A DNA stretch of 28,138 nucleotides. Origin: Candidatus Hydrogenedentota bacterium. GTDB lineage: Bacteria; Hydrogenedentota; Hydrogenedentia; Hydrogenedentales; GCA-2746185. This document shows positions 17,042 to 25,381 of this stretch, one piece after another; within the stretch, counting starts at the first letter, position 1, and each line of letters starts with the position of its first letter. The stretch lies in the NCBI GenBank assembly GCA_046583315.1, contig JAYGCN010000201.1:1-28138 (forward strand), written 5' to 3'. The position numbers and the translations under genes were made by a program. The notes beneath the pieces were generated by a model, which worked only from the letters and a program-made list of their open reading frames with translations, ran no database searches and was not told the origin of the DNA.

Positions 17042-18241
17042 GTGAGCGTGGAAACCGAAACACTCGAAACCTTTCGCCTCGAGACGCGCGACTGGCTGAC
17101 CGAAAACTATCCCGATGCCCTGAAGGCACCCCTCAACATGGGCGATATCCCAAATGGCGGTACACAATGTGAGTTCTTCCATCCGGATGCCAAACTCTGG
17201 CTCGACCGTATGGCCGAAAAAGGCTGGACCTGTCCCGAGTGGCCTGTCGACTGCGGCGGTGCCGGCTTGAATGAAGAAGAGGCGACCATTCTTCGCGAAG
17301 AAATGGCCCGCCAGAAATGCCGTATTCCCTTGGCCGGCATGGGGCGATTCATGCTCGGACCAACGCTGCTCAAATTCGGCTCCCGCGAGTTGCAAATGGA
17401 ACACTGCCCAAAAATCGCGCGAGGTGAAGTCCGCTGGTGCCAAGGGTACAGCGAACCCAACGCTGGCTCCGATTTGGCCAGCCTCCAGATGCGCGCCGAA
17501 GATATGGGCGATCATTACCTCGTCACCGGAAACAAACTCTGGACCTCAGATGCCCACCTCGGCGACTGGATGTTCTGCCTCGTGCGCACCGATTTCAGCG
17601 GCAAGAAACACGGTGGTATCAGCGTCGTGCTCTTTGACCGAACGGACCCCGCAGTGGAAATCAATCCCATCACACTGATCAGTGGATACTCCGTGTTCTA
17701 CGAAACCTCTATCATCGATCTCAAAGTCCCCAAGAGCGACATGGTCGGTGCCGTAAATGAGGGTTGGAATATTGCCAAATTCCTGCTCACCCACGAACGC
17801 GTCATGATCAGCAGCCTCGGCGAATCCAAAGCCTCTGCGCGGCAGGTCAGTGACATTGCAAAAGACTATCTCGGCGAAGACGACGGTCGGATTGCCGACC
17901 CCGTATTACGCGATCAGATTGCCCAACAAGATATGGACGATGCCGCCTTCGCATGCCTGTCCAAACGGTACCGTGAGATGAACGAGGTCGGCGCCAGCGT
18001 CGGAGCTGCCTCTTCAATGCTCAAACATGTCGGGACCAAGTTCGCCAAGAACAAATTCGAGCTGCTGCTCGATATAGAAGGCAACCAGGCTCTCGGCTGG
18101 GAAGGCGAAGGCTTCAACGAAGAAGAACTCACGCTCGCCCGCTCATGGTTACGCTCCAAGGGCTATTCCATCGAAGGTGGCACCTCCGAAATCATGCTCA
18201 ACGTCGTTGCAACCCGAGTCCTTGGCCTACCCAAAGGCTAA
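17042..18241 (+). CDS. Acyl-CoA dehydrogenase family protein (subunit of a paired FadE/PimC-PimD-like enzyme)
   Basis: WCQGYSEPNAGSDLASL, GNKLWTS, LTHER, SIEGGTSEIMLNVVATRVLGLP. GTG start with GAGGAG RBS. Confidence 0.93.
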   Translation: MSVETETLETFRLETRDWLTENYPDALKAPLNMGDIPNGGTQCEFFHPDAKLWLDRMAEKGWTCPEWPVDCGGAGLNEEEATILREEMARQKCRIPLAGMGRFMLGPTLLKFGSRELQMEHCPKIARGEVRWCQGYSEPNAGSDLASLQMRAEDMGDHYLVTGNKLWTSDAHLGDWMFCLVRTDFSGKKHGGISVVLFDRTDPAVEINPITLISGYSVFYETSIIDLKVPKSDMVGAVNEGWNIAKFLLTHERVMISSLGESKASARQVSDIAKDYLGEDDGRIADPVLRDQIAQQDMDDAAFACLSKRYREMNEVGASVGAASSMLKHVGTKFAKNKFELLLDIEGNQALGWEGEGFNEEELTLARSWLRSKGYSIEGGTSEIMLNVVATRVLGLPKG

Positions 18242-18266
18242 CCCAGTTTAAGAAGGAGTACCTACC

Positions 18267-19406
18267 ATGTCCATGGTATTGAATGAAGAACAAGTAATGT
18301 TGCAGGACTCGTCCAGCGAATTCTGCAACACCCGCGCACCCATCACCGAATTCCGCAAGTTGCGCGATGAACAAAACGAAGACGGATTCTCGCGCGAACT
18401 TTGGGCGAGCATGGCTGAGATGGGCTGGACCGGTGCCATCTTCCCCGAAGATCTCGACGGATTCGACTTCGGATATCAAGGCATGGGCGTCATCCTTGAG
18501 CAAACCGGCCGCTCCCTGGTCGCCTCACCGATTCTCTCCACGGTGGTTCTCGGTGGAACACTCGTTCACCTCTCCGGCAACGACGCACAAAAACAAGAAC
18601 TCATTCCCGCGATCATATCCGGCGAACGTCTGGTCTCCGTCGCAGTCGATGAAGAAGCCACACACAATCCAGGAAAAATCGCCTGCAAAGCAGAAAAATC
18701 CGACGATGGCTACACGCTCTCCGGCGAAAAACGATTCGTGCTAGACGGTCACGTCGCCGATCAATTCATCGTCGTAGCCCGTACCTCAGGAAACGACTCC
18801 GATGAAAACGGCATCACGCTCTTCCTCGTCGATGCCAACGCATCCGGCCTCACGTGCTCACGCACCCACATGGTCGACAGTCGAAATTCCTCCACCCTAA
18901 GGTTGGACAACGTTCAGGTTGATGTATCTGCCATACTCGGCGAAGTCGACGGCGGTTCCGCGTCACTTACCGCAGCCCTCGACCGCGCTCGAATCTGCCT
19001 CGCCGCAGAAATGCTCGGTTCCCTGACACAAGTCTTCGAAATTACGATGGAATACCTGAAAACTCGCGTACAATTCGACGTACCCATTGGCTCCTTCCAA
19101 TCCCTGCAACACCGCGCCGCGGAAATGTTTGGGGAAATTGAAATGGCCCGGTCCGTCGTCTACAAAGCCCTGACCGCCATTGACGAAGACTCCGACAACG
19201 TCGCACTGCTCGCCAGTCTCGCCAAAGCCAAACTCAACGACATCTTCCACCTCGTCAGTAACGAAGGCATCCAGATGCACGGTGGCATCGGCATGACCGA
19301 CGAATGCGACATCGGCTTCTACCTAAAACGCTCTCGAGTCGCCAGCCAGACCCTCGGCAACTCACAATATCACCGAAATCGTTACGCCACACTCAAAGGG
19401 TATTGA
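18267..19406 (+). CDS. Acyl-CoA dehydrogenase family protein (partner subunit)
   Basis: LNEEQVMLQDS, LSGEKRFVLDG, YLKTRVQFDVPIGSFQSLQHRAA, IQMHGGIGMTDE. AAGGAG RBS. Confidence 0.93.
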   Translation: MSMVLNEEQVMLQDSSSEFCNTRAPITEFRKLRDEQNEDGFSRELWASMAEMGWTGAIFPEDLDGFDFGYQGMGVILEQTGRSLVASPILSTVVLGGTLVHLSGNDAQKQELIPAIISGERLVSVAVDEEATHNPGKIACKAEKSDDGYTLSGEKRFVLDGHVADQFIVVARTSGNDSDENGITLFLVDANASGLTCSRTHMVDSRNSSTLRLDNVQVDVSAILGEVDGGSASLTAALDRARICLAAEMLGSLTQVFEITMEYLKTRVQFDVPIGSFQSLQHRAAEMFGEIEMARSVVYKALTAIDEDSDNVALLASLAKAKLNDIFHLVSNEGIQMHGGIGMTDECDIGFYLKRSRVASQTLGNSQYHRNRYATLKGY

Positions 19407-19427
19407 AAAAATTTCAGATTCATTTCC

Positions 19428-19484
19428 ACCCGAATTCGCTAACCCGCTGTTAATTCAGTATTTAGCGGGTTCGGGTATTCTTTT
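19428..19484 (+). terminator. Probable intrinsic terminator after the acyl-CoA dehydrogenase pair
   Basis: AACCCGCT (19441-19448) pairs with AGCGGGTT (19464-19471). ACCCGAA (19428-19434) can also pair with TTCGGGT (19470-19476). Followed by TATTCTTTT. Confidence 0.5.
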
Positions 19485-19499
19485 GAGCCATGAACACTA

Positions 19500-19517
19500 C
19501 TGACACTACGCTGTCAG
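19500..19517. promoter_or_regulatory. Palindromic operator candidate for the adjacent WYL regulator
   Basis: Perfect inverted repeat CTGACA-ctacgc-TGTCAG, followed 11 nt later by -10-like TAGGAT (19529-19534), upstream of the DinB-family gene. Confidence 0.6.
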
Positions 19518-19575
19518 GAGCACCTTGGTAGGATTACTACATCAACGCAATCCAACCCAAACAAGGAGAACAAAC

Positions 19576-20067
19576 ATGACCCCCGAAGTACTCGTAAACC
19601 AACTCAAAGCAAGCAAAGTATACCTCGACCGCGCCACCAGCGCTCTCACCGAGGACGATTCTACCTATGCCCCGGATGAGAACTCGTTCACGGCAGCACA
19701 ACAACTCGCGCATATCGCGTTAACCGTCGACTGGTTCATCGAAGGCGGCTTCGAAAAAGGCTTCGACATGAATTTCGAAGAGCACCCTCTGCAGGCCAGA
19801 GACGTGACGTCAATCGAAAAGGCGCGCGCATTGTGCACCGAAAACTACGACAAGGCGATCTCACTAATCGGCTCGAAGACGCTTGAACAAATACTCGAGC
19901 CAATGCCCGAAGGTCCCATCATGGGCGGCGATCCCAAACTTGTCGTCGTTGCAGGCATCGTAGAACACACCGCCCACCATCGCGGCTCGCTCAGTGTCTA
20001 CACACGACTCTGCGGCAAAGTCCCGCCCATGCCCTACATGGATGCCGACGCGATGGCAGGATCCTGA
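19576..20067 (+). CDS. DinB/YfiT-family putative metalloenzyme
   Basis: His motifs QLAHI and EHTAHHRGSLSVYTRLCGKVPPMPY. ATG 19576 with AAGGAG RBS. Adjacent to a WYL regulator, a common pairing. Confidence 0.88.
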   Translation: MTPEVLVNQLKASKVYLDRATSALTEDDSTYAPDENSFTAAQQLAHIALTVDWFIEGGFEKGFDMNFEEHPLQARDVTSIEKARALCTENYDKAISLIGSKTLEQILEPMPEGPIMGGDPKLVVVAGIVEHTAHHRGSLSVYTRLCGKVPPMPYMDADAMAGS

Positions 20068-20083
20068 CCCTTCGTTGTGCTCT

Positions 20084-20117
20084 CTGGCCTCGGTGCGATA
20101 CCATGCGCCGAGGCCAG
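20084..20117 (+). terminator. Strong GC-rich stem-loop between the DinB-family gene and the WYL gene
   Basis: CTGGCCTCGGTGCG-ATACCA-TGCGCCGAGGCCAG forms a 14-bp stem with two G-U pairs. Only a short T run follows, so its function is uncertain. Confidence 0.45.
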
Positions 20118-20145
20118 TTATGCGAGTTTCCGGAGGACCCAGACC

Positions 20146-20826
20146 ATGCGCCGAGCCGACTGACTATTTGAATTGGTGCTGCTGATACGCAAAGGCCCGA
20201 TCATCACCGTAATGGACCCGGCACGGGAGCTTCAGGTCTCCAAGCGCACAATCTATCGCGACATCCAAGCCTTGATTCTGTCCGGCGTACCGGTCGAAGG
20301 AGAAGCCGGAGTCGGTTACGTCCTGCGAAGAGAATTCGAGCTACCCCCACTCATGTTTACACTCGAAGAAGCCAAAGCACTCTCCCTCGGCGTACGTATG
20401 GTACGCGCCTAGACCGACGAAGAATTGCAACGCTCCGCCCAACGCGCACTGGACAAAATCTCCGCAGTCGTTACCACAGAAGTGAAAGAGGGAATCGATG
20501 ATCCCACTCTGGCGGTTCCCGATTTTCATGTCCCAAAACAAGTCCGCGAAACCTTGGCCCTGGCGCGCGATGGAATCAGCTCCCATCGCAAACTCAGGTT
20601 TCATTACACTCGCGGCGACGGCCAGCAAAAAACGCGAACGGTGCGCCCATTGGGTCTATTCTACTGGGGTAGCACCTGGTCACTGGCTAGCTGGTGCGAA
20701 TATCGCAAAGGCTTTCGAAACTTCAGAATCGACCGAATGCAACAGGCCCGCATTCTGAAATCCAGCTTCGCGCCGGAGTCAGGACGCACGCTCGACGACT
20801 ACCTGAAAGCCGTCGAAAGCGAATAA
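20146..20826 (+). pseudogene. yafY: HTH-WYL transcriptional regulator (YafY-like) disrupted by two in-frame stop codons
   Basis: One frame reads MRRAD*LFELVLLIR...ELQVSKRTIYRDIQALILSGVPVEGEAGVGY...LPPLMFTLEEA...MVRA*TDEEL...RTVRPLGLFYWGSTWSLASWCEYRKGFRNFRIDRM. Stops are TGA 20161-20163 and TAG 20410-20412. GGAGG RBS. Confidence 0.88.
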
Positions 20827-20836
20827 CCCTAGCGGT

Positions 20837-21679
20837 CTAAAACGTCGGCTCTTCCCACCAGGGGAAATAGTCCGGGAGATCCTTGCTGACACGACCGGGG
20901 AACTCGGGTTTACGTTTCTCCAGAAACGCCGTCACCCCTTCAGCCGCATCCGGTGAACTACCAATCACGTCAATTCCCCGCGTATCGATGCGGTGCGCCT
21001 CAACCGGATCACTCGCACCCAGCATTTTCCACATCATGTGCCGCAACACAGTATTCGATATCGGCGATGCATTTTCAACCATCTCCCGGGCCAACTCACG
21101 CGCCGCCGGAATCAATTCGTCCGGTTCATGAAGACTGCGCACCAGTCCCGCCTCCAACGCTTCCTCGGATCGGAAGACGCGTCCGGTATAACACCACTCC
21201 AACGCCTGACTGATCCCGACAATGCGCGGCAAAAACCACGACGAACACGCCTCCGGAATAATGCCACGGGCCGTGAATACGAATCCCATCTTAATATTCT
21301 TCGTAGCAAGACGAATATCGGCCGCAAGCGGAAACGTCAAACCCACACCCACAGCCGGACCGTTAAATGCCACAATAACAGGTTTCAGGCTACGGAAAAT
21401 ACGGCGTGAAACTTCACCGCCAGCATCAGGTGTTCTCGAACTTTCGTCGCGACCCGCAAACGTATCGCCACCGCGTTCCAAATCCGCACCGGCGCAGAAC
21501 CCTCGTCCCGAACCCGTGATGATTACAACACGCACATCGTCATCCGCATCCGATTGATCAAAGGCAGCCATCAGATCGCGAAACATATCGCCGTTAAAGG
21601 CGTTGAGTCGGTCAGGTCGATTCAGCATAATCGTCAGAATATGGTCTTCTACATCATAAAGTAAGGTCTTGAAAGACAT
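20837..21679 (-). CDS. Crotonase/enoyl-CoA hydratase-isomerase family protein
   Basis: LNRPDRLNAF, GRGFCAGADL, KPVIVAFNGPAVGVG, EGVTAFLEKRKPEF. AAGGAG RBS. Confidence 0.92.
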   Translation of the reverse strand: MSFKTLLYDVEDHILTIMLNRPDRLNAFNGDMFRDLMAAFDQSDADDDVRVVIITGSGRGFCAGADLERGGDTFAGRDESSRTPDAGGEVSRRIFRSLKPVIVAFNGPAVGVGLTFPLAADIRLATKNIKMGFVFTARGIIPEACSSWFLPRIVGISQALEWCYTGRVFRSEEALEAGLVRSLHEPDELIPAARELAREMVENASPISNTVLRHMMWKMLGASDPVEAHRIDTRGIDVIGSSPDAAEGVTAFLEKRKPEFPGRVSKDLPDYFPWWEEPTF

Positions 21680-21691
21680 CCGTTCTTCTCC

Positions 21692-22477
21692 TTAATGTCC
21701 ACGCTCTTCAGGCGTCATGTAGGCACGTCCCGTTGCATTCATAATCAATCCACCATCCACAGGAAGCACCTGTCCGGTCACAAAAGACGCATCCGGCGAC
21801 GCAAAAAACAGTACCGCACCCGCAATATCTTCAGGCAATCCAAGGCGTCGCATCGGCACCCGCCCGGCCAGACGTTCCCGTTTCTGTACATCATCCCCCA
21901 CGCCTAACATCCGCGTATCAATAGGTCCCGGCGCGATCGCGTTCACGGTGATTCCATAGGCCCCGAATTCGTGGGCACAGGAACGAACCATGCCCGTAAC
22001 ACCAGCCTTCGAGGCATCATACGCCACATTCCAGGCGGTACCGCGCAATGCCTGTACAGATGCGGTCGCAATGATCGCCCGATGCCCTGTCGACGCACGC
22101 ATGATAGGTAGAAAACTCTGTATCGTCCGAAATGAGCCCGTCAAATTCACGGATATCGTTTGATCCCAAACTTCCTCGCTACAGTCGCTCGCCAACGAGT
22201 GAAGCGCGACCCCGGCATTCGCGTGAAGCACATGCAATTCGCCGAACTCCGAAGAGACCTTATCCACCGCCGACTTCAGCGCCTCCGCGCTCGTAATATC
22301 CAGTTCTACCGGTAAACATGCTGCGCCAATTTCCTGCGCCGTAACCTTCAATCCCTCCGTATCAATATCCATCGCGGCAACCCGAGCACCCTCCGCCGCC
22401 AATCGTTTCGCCACGGCGCGACCGATGCCATTTCCCGCACCCGTCACTACCGCACAGCGTCCATCCAAACGTCCCAT
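21692..22477 (-). CDS. Short-chain dehydrogenase/reductase (FabG-like)
   Basis: VVTGAGNGIG, ANAG, YDASK (YxxxK), VNAIAPGPIDT, VTGQVLPVDGG. Confidence 0.92.
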   Translation of the reverse strand: MGRLDGRCAVVTGAGNGIGRAVAKRLAAEGARVAAMDIDTEGLKVTAQEIGAACLPVELDITSAEALKSAVDKVSSEFGELHVLHANAGVALHSLASDCSEEVWDQTISVNLTGSFRTIQSFLPIMRASTGHRAIIATASVQALRGTAWNVAYDASKAGVTGMVRSCAHEFGAYGITVNAIAPGPIDTRMLGVGDDVQKRERLAGRVPMRRLGLPEDIAGAVLFFASPDASFVTGQVLPVDGGLIMNATGRAYMTPEERGH

Positions 22478-22511
22478 CTCAAAATCCTTTCGGTTTACAA
22501 GAAATCGGTTT

Positions 22512-24287
22512 CTACTTATTTACTTCCAGCCACTCAATGGCATGTTTTTGCAAATTGACCTTGTCGAATTTCCCCGAAGCGATTCGCGGCAAGGGATCGT
22601 CCGAAAACAATACATGGCTCGGCGCTTTGAACGCTGCCAGTTTCGAACGCACATGCTCCTGAATTTCAGATTCGGTTGCCTCAGCGCCATCCTTGAGGTA
22701 TACCGTCGCGCACACAATTTCGCCAAGCCGATCATCCGGCGCACCATGTACCGCGACCTCGTTGACCGCCGGGTGCTCGTACAATACATTTTCAATTTCG
22801 CCGCAAGCGATATTCTCGCCCCCGCGTATAATGATGTCTTTCGCGCGACCCGTGATGAAGACGAATCCTTCTTCGTCAATATGACCCAAATCACCAGAGT
22901 ACAACCAGCCATCCTGCAGGGTCTCCTCCGTCGCTTCCGGCTTGTTCCAATAACACCGCATATTCGCGGCCGATTTCATGCAGATCTGCCCCTCTTCGTT
23001 CACGCCCAACACCTTATCGTTCTCGTCACGAATTTCAAGCTCTACCAACTTTGGACTAGGGCGCCCCACCGAACTTGGCCGACCAATATAATCCTCGCCG
23101 CCAATCGTCGTACCAATCGCATTCGTTTCTGTCATGCCGTACCCCGTGCCTGGAACGGCCTGAGGAAGATGTTCCTGCAACAATTTCACATGCTCCGGAG
23201 GTCGAGCCGATCCGCCGCCACCAATTTTAGTCACCGTCTCAATATTACGAGTGTGTAAATCGGGTGAATTGAGAATCTCTCCGATCATCGTCGGCACGCC
23301 TTCGATCACTGTGAGCGATTCCTTCTCGGCCAACTCCAAGGCCTGCTCGGCGTTCCACTTGTACATCATCACCAGTTTGCGACCCGAGCGATAACTCAAA
23401 AACAGCATCGTGTGCAGGCCCGACACATGAAACAGGGGAACGTTCAGCAACATCGCCGCAGCCGGTAATCGTTTGGCAATCGGATCGTCCACCGAAGCGG
23501 CACCGCCCTTTAGCCACTCCGTAACTTCGTTCGCTACCGTACCGTCTTCCCCGAGAATCGCTGCCAACATCCCGACAAATGAAAAATTCGTCAGTCCGCT
23601 GATGATGCTGCGATGGGTTAACACCACACCTTTTGGACGCCCGGTCGACCCCGACGTGTACATAATGAGCGCGTCACTATCCGTATCTATATCCAACTCT
23701 GGAAAGGCATCGTGCGAGTGATCCTGCAAGAGATCGGCCAAGTCCAGAACACCATCTGGCAAATCGCCCACCGGCCGCGCAATCGCGACACCCAGATCCA
23801 GCAAATCTCGCGAGGACTCCAGAAGTACCCATCGATCCTGATCCACAATCGCAAACCGGGCACCACTGTCCTTCAGGCCATACTCCAGTTCATCCTCCTG
23901 CCACCATGAATTCAACGTCACCGCAACCGCGCCAACAGCCAGTGTCGCCTCAACCGCATAGGCATACTCCGGATAGTTCCGCATCGATATTCCAACGCGA
24001 TCCCCGGGTTTTACGCCAATTTCCTGAAGTTTGTACGCCAACGCCACAGATTTCCTGTGCACCTCACCGAAGGTAATGCGCTCATCGCCGTAAATCAAAA
24101 ACTCATTATCAGCGAAATGTTCGTTCGAAAAGTTAAAGTAATCGCGCATATCCCCCGGCGCATGCGTATACACTTCGAAATCTACGCCGCCGATATTTTC
24201 AGTATGTGTCGCAAAGGGCGAGGTATCTGCATTCATTGTCGCGATGGCTTCATCGCGGGTGGGTGGTTCATATACCGCTGCGTTCAT
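22512..24287 (-). CDS. Acyl-CoA synthetase (AMP-forming; long-chain fatty acid-CoA ligase-like)
   Basis: YTSGSTGRPKGV, GYGMTET, GWLYSGDLG, GRAKDIIIRGGENI, LPRIASGKFDK. Confidence 0.93.
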   Translation of the reverse strand: MNAAVYEPPTRDEAIATMNADTSPFATHTENIGGVDFEVYTHAPGDMRDYFNFSNEHFADNEFLIYGDERITFGEVHRKSVALAYKLQEIGVKPGDRVGISMRNYPEYAYAVEATLAVGAVAVTLNSWWQEDELEYGLKDSGARFAIVDQDRWVLLESSRDLLDLGVAIARPVGDLPDGVLDLADLLQDHSHDAFPELDIDTDSDALIMYTSGSTGRPKGVVLTHRSIISGLTNFSFVGMLAAILGEDGTVANEVTEWLKGGAASVDDPIAKRLPAAAMLLNVPLFHVSGLHTMLFLSYRSGRKLVMMYKWNAEQALELAEKESLTVIEGVPTMIGEILNSPDLHTRNIETVTKIGGGGSARPPEHVKLLQEHLPQAVPGTGYGMTETNAIGTTIGGEDYIGRPSSVGRPSPKLVELEIRDENDKVLGVNEEGQICMKSAANMRCYWNKPEATEETLQDGWLYSGDLGHIDEEGFVFITGRAKDIIIRGGENIACGEIENVLYEHPAVNEVAVHGAPDDRLGEIVCATVYLKDGAEATESEIQEHVRSKLAAFKAPSHVLFSDDPLPRIASGKFDKVNLQKHAIEWLEVNK

Positions 24288-24328
24288 AAACTGTTTCCTA
24301 AAGTTGTTCCCGCTCGATTCTCAATATT

Positions 24329-25093
24329 CTACGCACTGGCTCCACCGTCCAATACGATCACCGAACCCGTGGCATAACTTCCCGCTTCCGAAGCAAGAAA
24401 AACCGCTGCCCCGGCAATCTCCTTGGGTTGCGCATGTCGACGCAGTGGCGTGTGCGCCATGATGCGATCATGAATTTCTTTCGTCTCCACCAAAACCTTC
24501 GCGAAATGCGTCTCCACCACGCCGGGCGCGATTGCATTTACGCGAATCCCATCAGGCCCAAGTTCTTTCGCATAACCCTTCGTCATGCTAATGACCGCCG
24601 CCTTCGTCAACGCATACGTCACTTCATTCGGTCCAGGTCGAATGCCCGCAATGGACGCCACGTTGATAATCGATCCCGCGCCTTTCGCCTTCATCTGACG
24701 CGCAGCATGTTGCATCATCATGAAGTACCCTTTCAGGTTGACCTCTACCGTCTTGTCAAATGCTGCCTCGGAAATTTCAATCGCCGGGCCAAAAAACGGG
24801 TTCGTCGCCGCATTATTCACAAGTACATCAACCCCACCGTGCTCCTTTTCGATCCGTTCAAACAGCGCGGCAATGTCCTCCGGTTTTCCTGCATGTGAAG
24901 CAATCGGAATACACGTCCCACCCTCGGCATTGATAGACTCCGCAACAGCATCCAGCCCTTCCTGCTTGCGCGAAGAAATTATCACGGTCGCCCCCTGCTC
25001 CACAAACGCCCGAGCAATGGCCTCGCCGATTCCGCGGCTTCCCCCGGTCACCAGAGCTACTTTGCCATTCATACTGAAATCCACATACGGCAT
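24329..25093 (-). CDS. Short-chain dehydrogenase/reductase (DHRS4-like)
   Basis: ALVTGGSRGIG, SSRKQ, VLVNNAATNPFFG, YALTK, IRVNAIAPG. AGGAGGAG RBS. Confidence 0.92.
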   Translation of the reverse strand: MPYVDFSMNGKVALVTGGSRGIGEAIARAFVEQGATVIISSRKQEGLDAVAESINAEGGTCIPIASHAGKPEDIAALFERIEKEHGGVDVLVNNAATNPFFGPAIEISEAAFDKTVEVNLKGYFMMMQHAARQMKAKGAGSIINVASIAGIRPGPNEVTYALTKAAVISMTKGYAKELGPDGIRVNAIAPGVVETHFAKVLVETKEIHDRIMAHTPLRRHAQPKEIAGAAVFLASEAGSYATGSVIVLDGGASA

Positions 25094-25122
25094 ACTCGAT
25101 TCTCCTCCTGCGGTGAACCGTC

Positions 25123-25152
25123 AATTTAAGCAGACGCCGTCAATGGAGTCAA
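25123..25152 (-). promoter_or_regulatory. Candidate sigma70 promoter for the leftward SDR-ligase-SDR-crotonase operon
   Basis: On the - strand, TTGACT (25152-25147), 18 nt spacer, TAAATT (25128-25123), just upstream of the RBS. Confidence 0.4.
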
Positions 25153-25381
25153 GATTTGAGACCACAGAACCCCTCCTTTCGAATAGAATCCGCCCCATGA
25201 CTTGCACAGGTCGAACTCTATTTGTAAGAATGGTTGTCCATGAATCGTTTCACTTGGATACTTCCCAAGCGAGGTTTCGCGGGCTGTGCCATTCACATCT
25301 GACTAATTTCGGTGCAACTACCGAATTACGCTTAGCGTCGAAACCAAGAATCGACGAAAACATCATTAACAAGGAGACATC

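Noticed and set aside
19576..20067. DNA polymerase IV (dinB)
   Set aside because: This is a name collision only. The 163-aa His-motif protein belongs to the DinB/YfiT helical-bundle family.
20161..20412. Stop-codon recoding (selenocysteine, pyrrolysine or an alternative genetic code) in the WYL gene
   Set aside because: The positions correspond to Arg and probably Trp, not Cys or Lys. Two different stops would need recoding, and TGA and TAG end neighbouring genes normally (e.g. 4412-4414, 10494-10496).
22425..23258. 277-aa + strand ORF
   Set aside because: It is antisense to the CoA ligase and has no independent support.
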